Shown here: positions 62,529-64,000 of the stretch, in pieces
Layout of the letters: each line of letters opens with the position of its first letter
Position numbering within the stretch: the first letter of the stretch is position 1
Notes under the pieces: generated by a model
Seen by the model: only the letters and a program-made list of their open reading frames with translations
Database searches by the model: none
What the model was told of the DNA's origin: nothing
DNA from: the human T2T-CHM13v2.0 reference genome, Homo sapiens
Direction: 5' to 3' (one strand)
DNA length: 64,000 nt
Assembly (NCBI RefSeq): GCF_009914755.1
Contig: NC_060928.1
Program-made: the position numbers and the translations under genes

Positions 62529-62640
62529 AAAATGTAAATTGGGCTACTCTGCCTGTGGGATGGCCCTGCTCTGTCCATGGAGCAGCCAAAAAAAAAAATA
62601 TGTCTATATACGTCTAAACATTTTTAAAAATGTAAATTGG
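62529..62640 (+). other. Short poly(A)-tailed retro-insertion of ERV1-LTR-like sequence with 14-bp TSD
   Basis: aaaatgtaaattgg at 62529-62542 and 62627-62640; body gctactctgcctgtgg...ctgctctgtccatggagcagcc plus A11. Confidence 0.75.
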
Positions 62641-62981
62641 TCTCAATCGCATCAGATCATACAGAGCCCTTGAATGCAAATAAAAGATAATTCTTGTTAG
62701 TGTGGCATCTGTGTCTTTTCAGAATCTGGAGGGCTTACAAGTTCAATGACCACAGGGCACTAACCCTGAGGCCTAAGGCAGCCAGGGGAGATTCAAATCT
62801 GGAGCAAAACAATGCATGGGCTTAGTGTTCTTTACTGAGGAGGACTTTACTCTTTATCATTTAAATTATAACAGCTTTAATCTATCCCTTAACAAAAGGT
62901 CTGCTTCAGGAAAGTATACACACAAACATGTATATGTGAGCATACAGACACACACACAGAGACAAGAACAAGATGGGAGGG

Positions 62982-63289
62982 GTTTGTTTTTGTTTTTGTT
63001 TTGTTTTTGAGATAGAGTCTCACTCTGTCACCTAGGGTGGAATGCAGTGATGCCATCTCAGCTCACTACAACATCCGCCCCCTGGGTTCAAGCGATTCTC
63101 CTGCCTCAGCCTCCCGAGTAGCTGGGACTACAGGCCCGCACCACCATGCCCAGTTAATTTTTGTATTTTTAGTAGAGACAGGGTTTCACCATGTTGGCCA
63201 GGCTGGTCTTGAACTCCTGACTTCAGGTGATCCGCCCGCCTCAGCCTCCCAAAGTGCTGGGATTACAGGGGTGAACCACCGCACCCAGC
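62982..63289 (-). mobile_element. AluSx-like
   Basis: Reverse dimer. Confidence 0.9.
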
Positions 63290-63594
63290 ATCTCAAATGT
63301 ATTTTGAATTAGACTTAATAAATATATCTATATATGTTGGCCTAATCTTTGGTGGCTAAGAGTAACTGACAGTTCCAAGAGATGCAAAAAACTGCAAAAT
63401 AAAAGGTGATTCAAAATAACTTCATGTAAGAAATATTTTGAACATTAAAAAATGATGAGCAATTTATTTTTGTCAATAGGAAAACAATTTCTCTTCACTC
63501 CCACTAACAGTAAATAAATATTTAAGGAATATTGGTTTGAAATAAAGACACTAAATTAATAATACCTGGGATGCTCTCATGTACTAGCTCGGCC

Positions 63595-63755
63595 CTAGAG
63601 ATAACTATGTTTACTGCCATTTTACAGATGAGAAAACTGAGGCTCGAAGAAGTTAAGTGCCATATTTCTTGGGTAATCAGTGGTAGAAATTGAAACTTGG
63701 GACGAATCTACTCAAGAATTCCATTCTGACTCCCTGTTGGGTAGACTTGACTCTG
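63595..63755 (-). mobile_element. MIR
   Basis: ccattttacagatgagaaaactgaggctc...gttaagtg. Confidence 0.8.
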
Positions 63756-63856
63756 ACTCATCTTTCTCTGATTTTTGTGGTTGAAATTCTGATTGAAAAG
63801 AGAATGTTAGAACATCCATTTAAAAACCTGAACTTGTACTTGAAGGAAACAGCTAG

Positions 63857-64000
<144 letters not shown>

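Overview
Primate genomic DNA, almost certainly human (it contains an AluYa4/Ya5-type element). The window is non-coding and very Alu-dense: about 100 Alu/FLAM/FRAM pieces by manual count, roughly 40% of the sequence. These sit among old L2/MIR/L3/L1M fragments, L1PA15/16-, L1PB- and L1MC-type 3' ends, LTRs (LTR33-, LTR16-, MER21- and MLT1-like) and DNA transposons (Tigger1, MER63, MER81, MER5A, MER3). I found no protein-coding exon, CpG island or RNA gene; the listed ORFs are repeat read-through, apart from a decayed Tigger1 transposase fragment. I cannot support a new gene system here. What the repeat list does not explain is a set of rearrangement scars: (1) several local inverted copies with template-switch geometry, including a perfect 38-bp-arm MIR hairpin, a 103-bp inverted duplication and an AT-rich palindrome; (2) a MIR-containing foreign segment inside a younger L1; (3) an Alu apparently inserted together with 171 bp of upstream sequence; (4) two tiny TSD-flanked poly(A) insertions; (5) an Alu-derived 52-bp minisatellite; (6) a 467-bp-period tandem duplication with a chimeric Alu at its junction. 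Repeat subfamily names are from recall of consensus motifs and boundaries are approximate; RepeatMasker/Dfam should confirm them.
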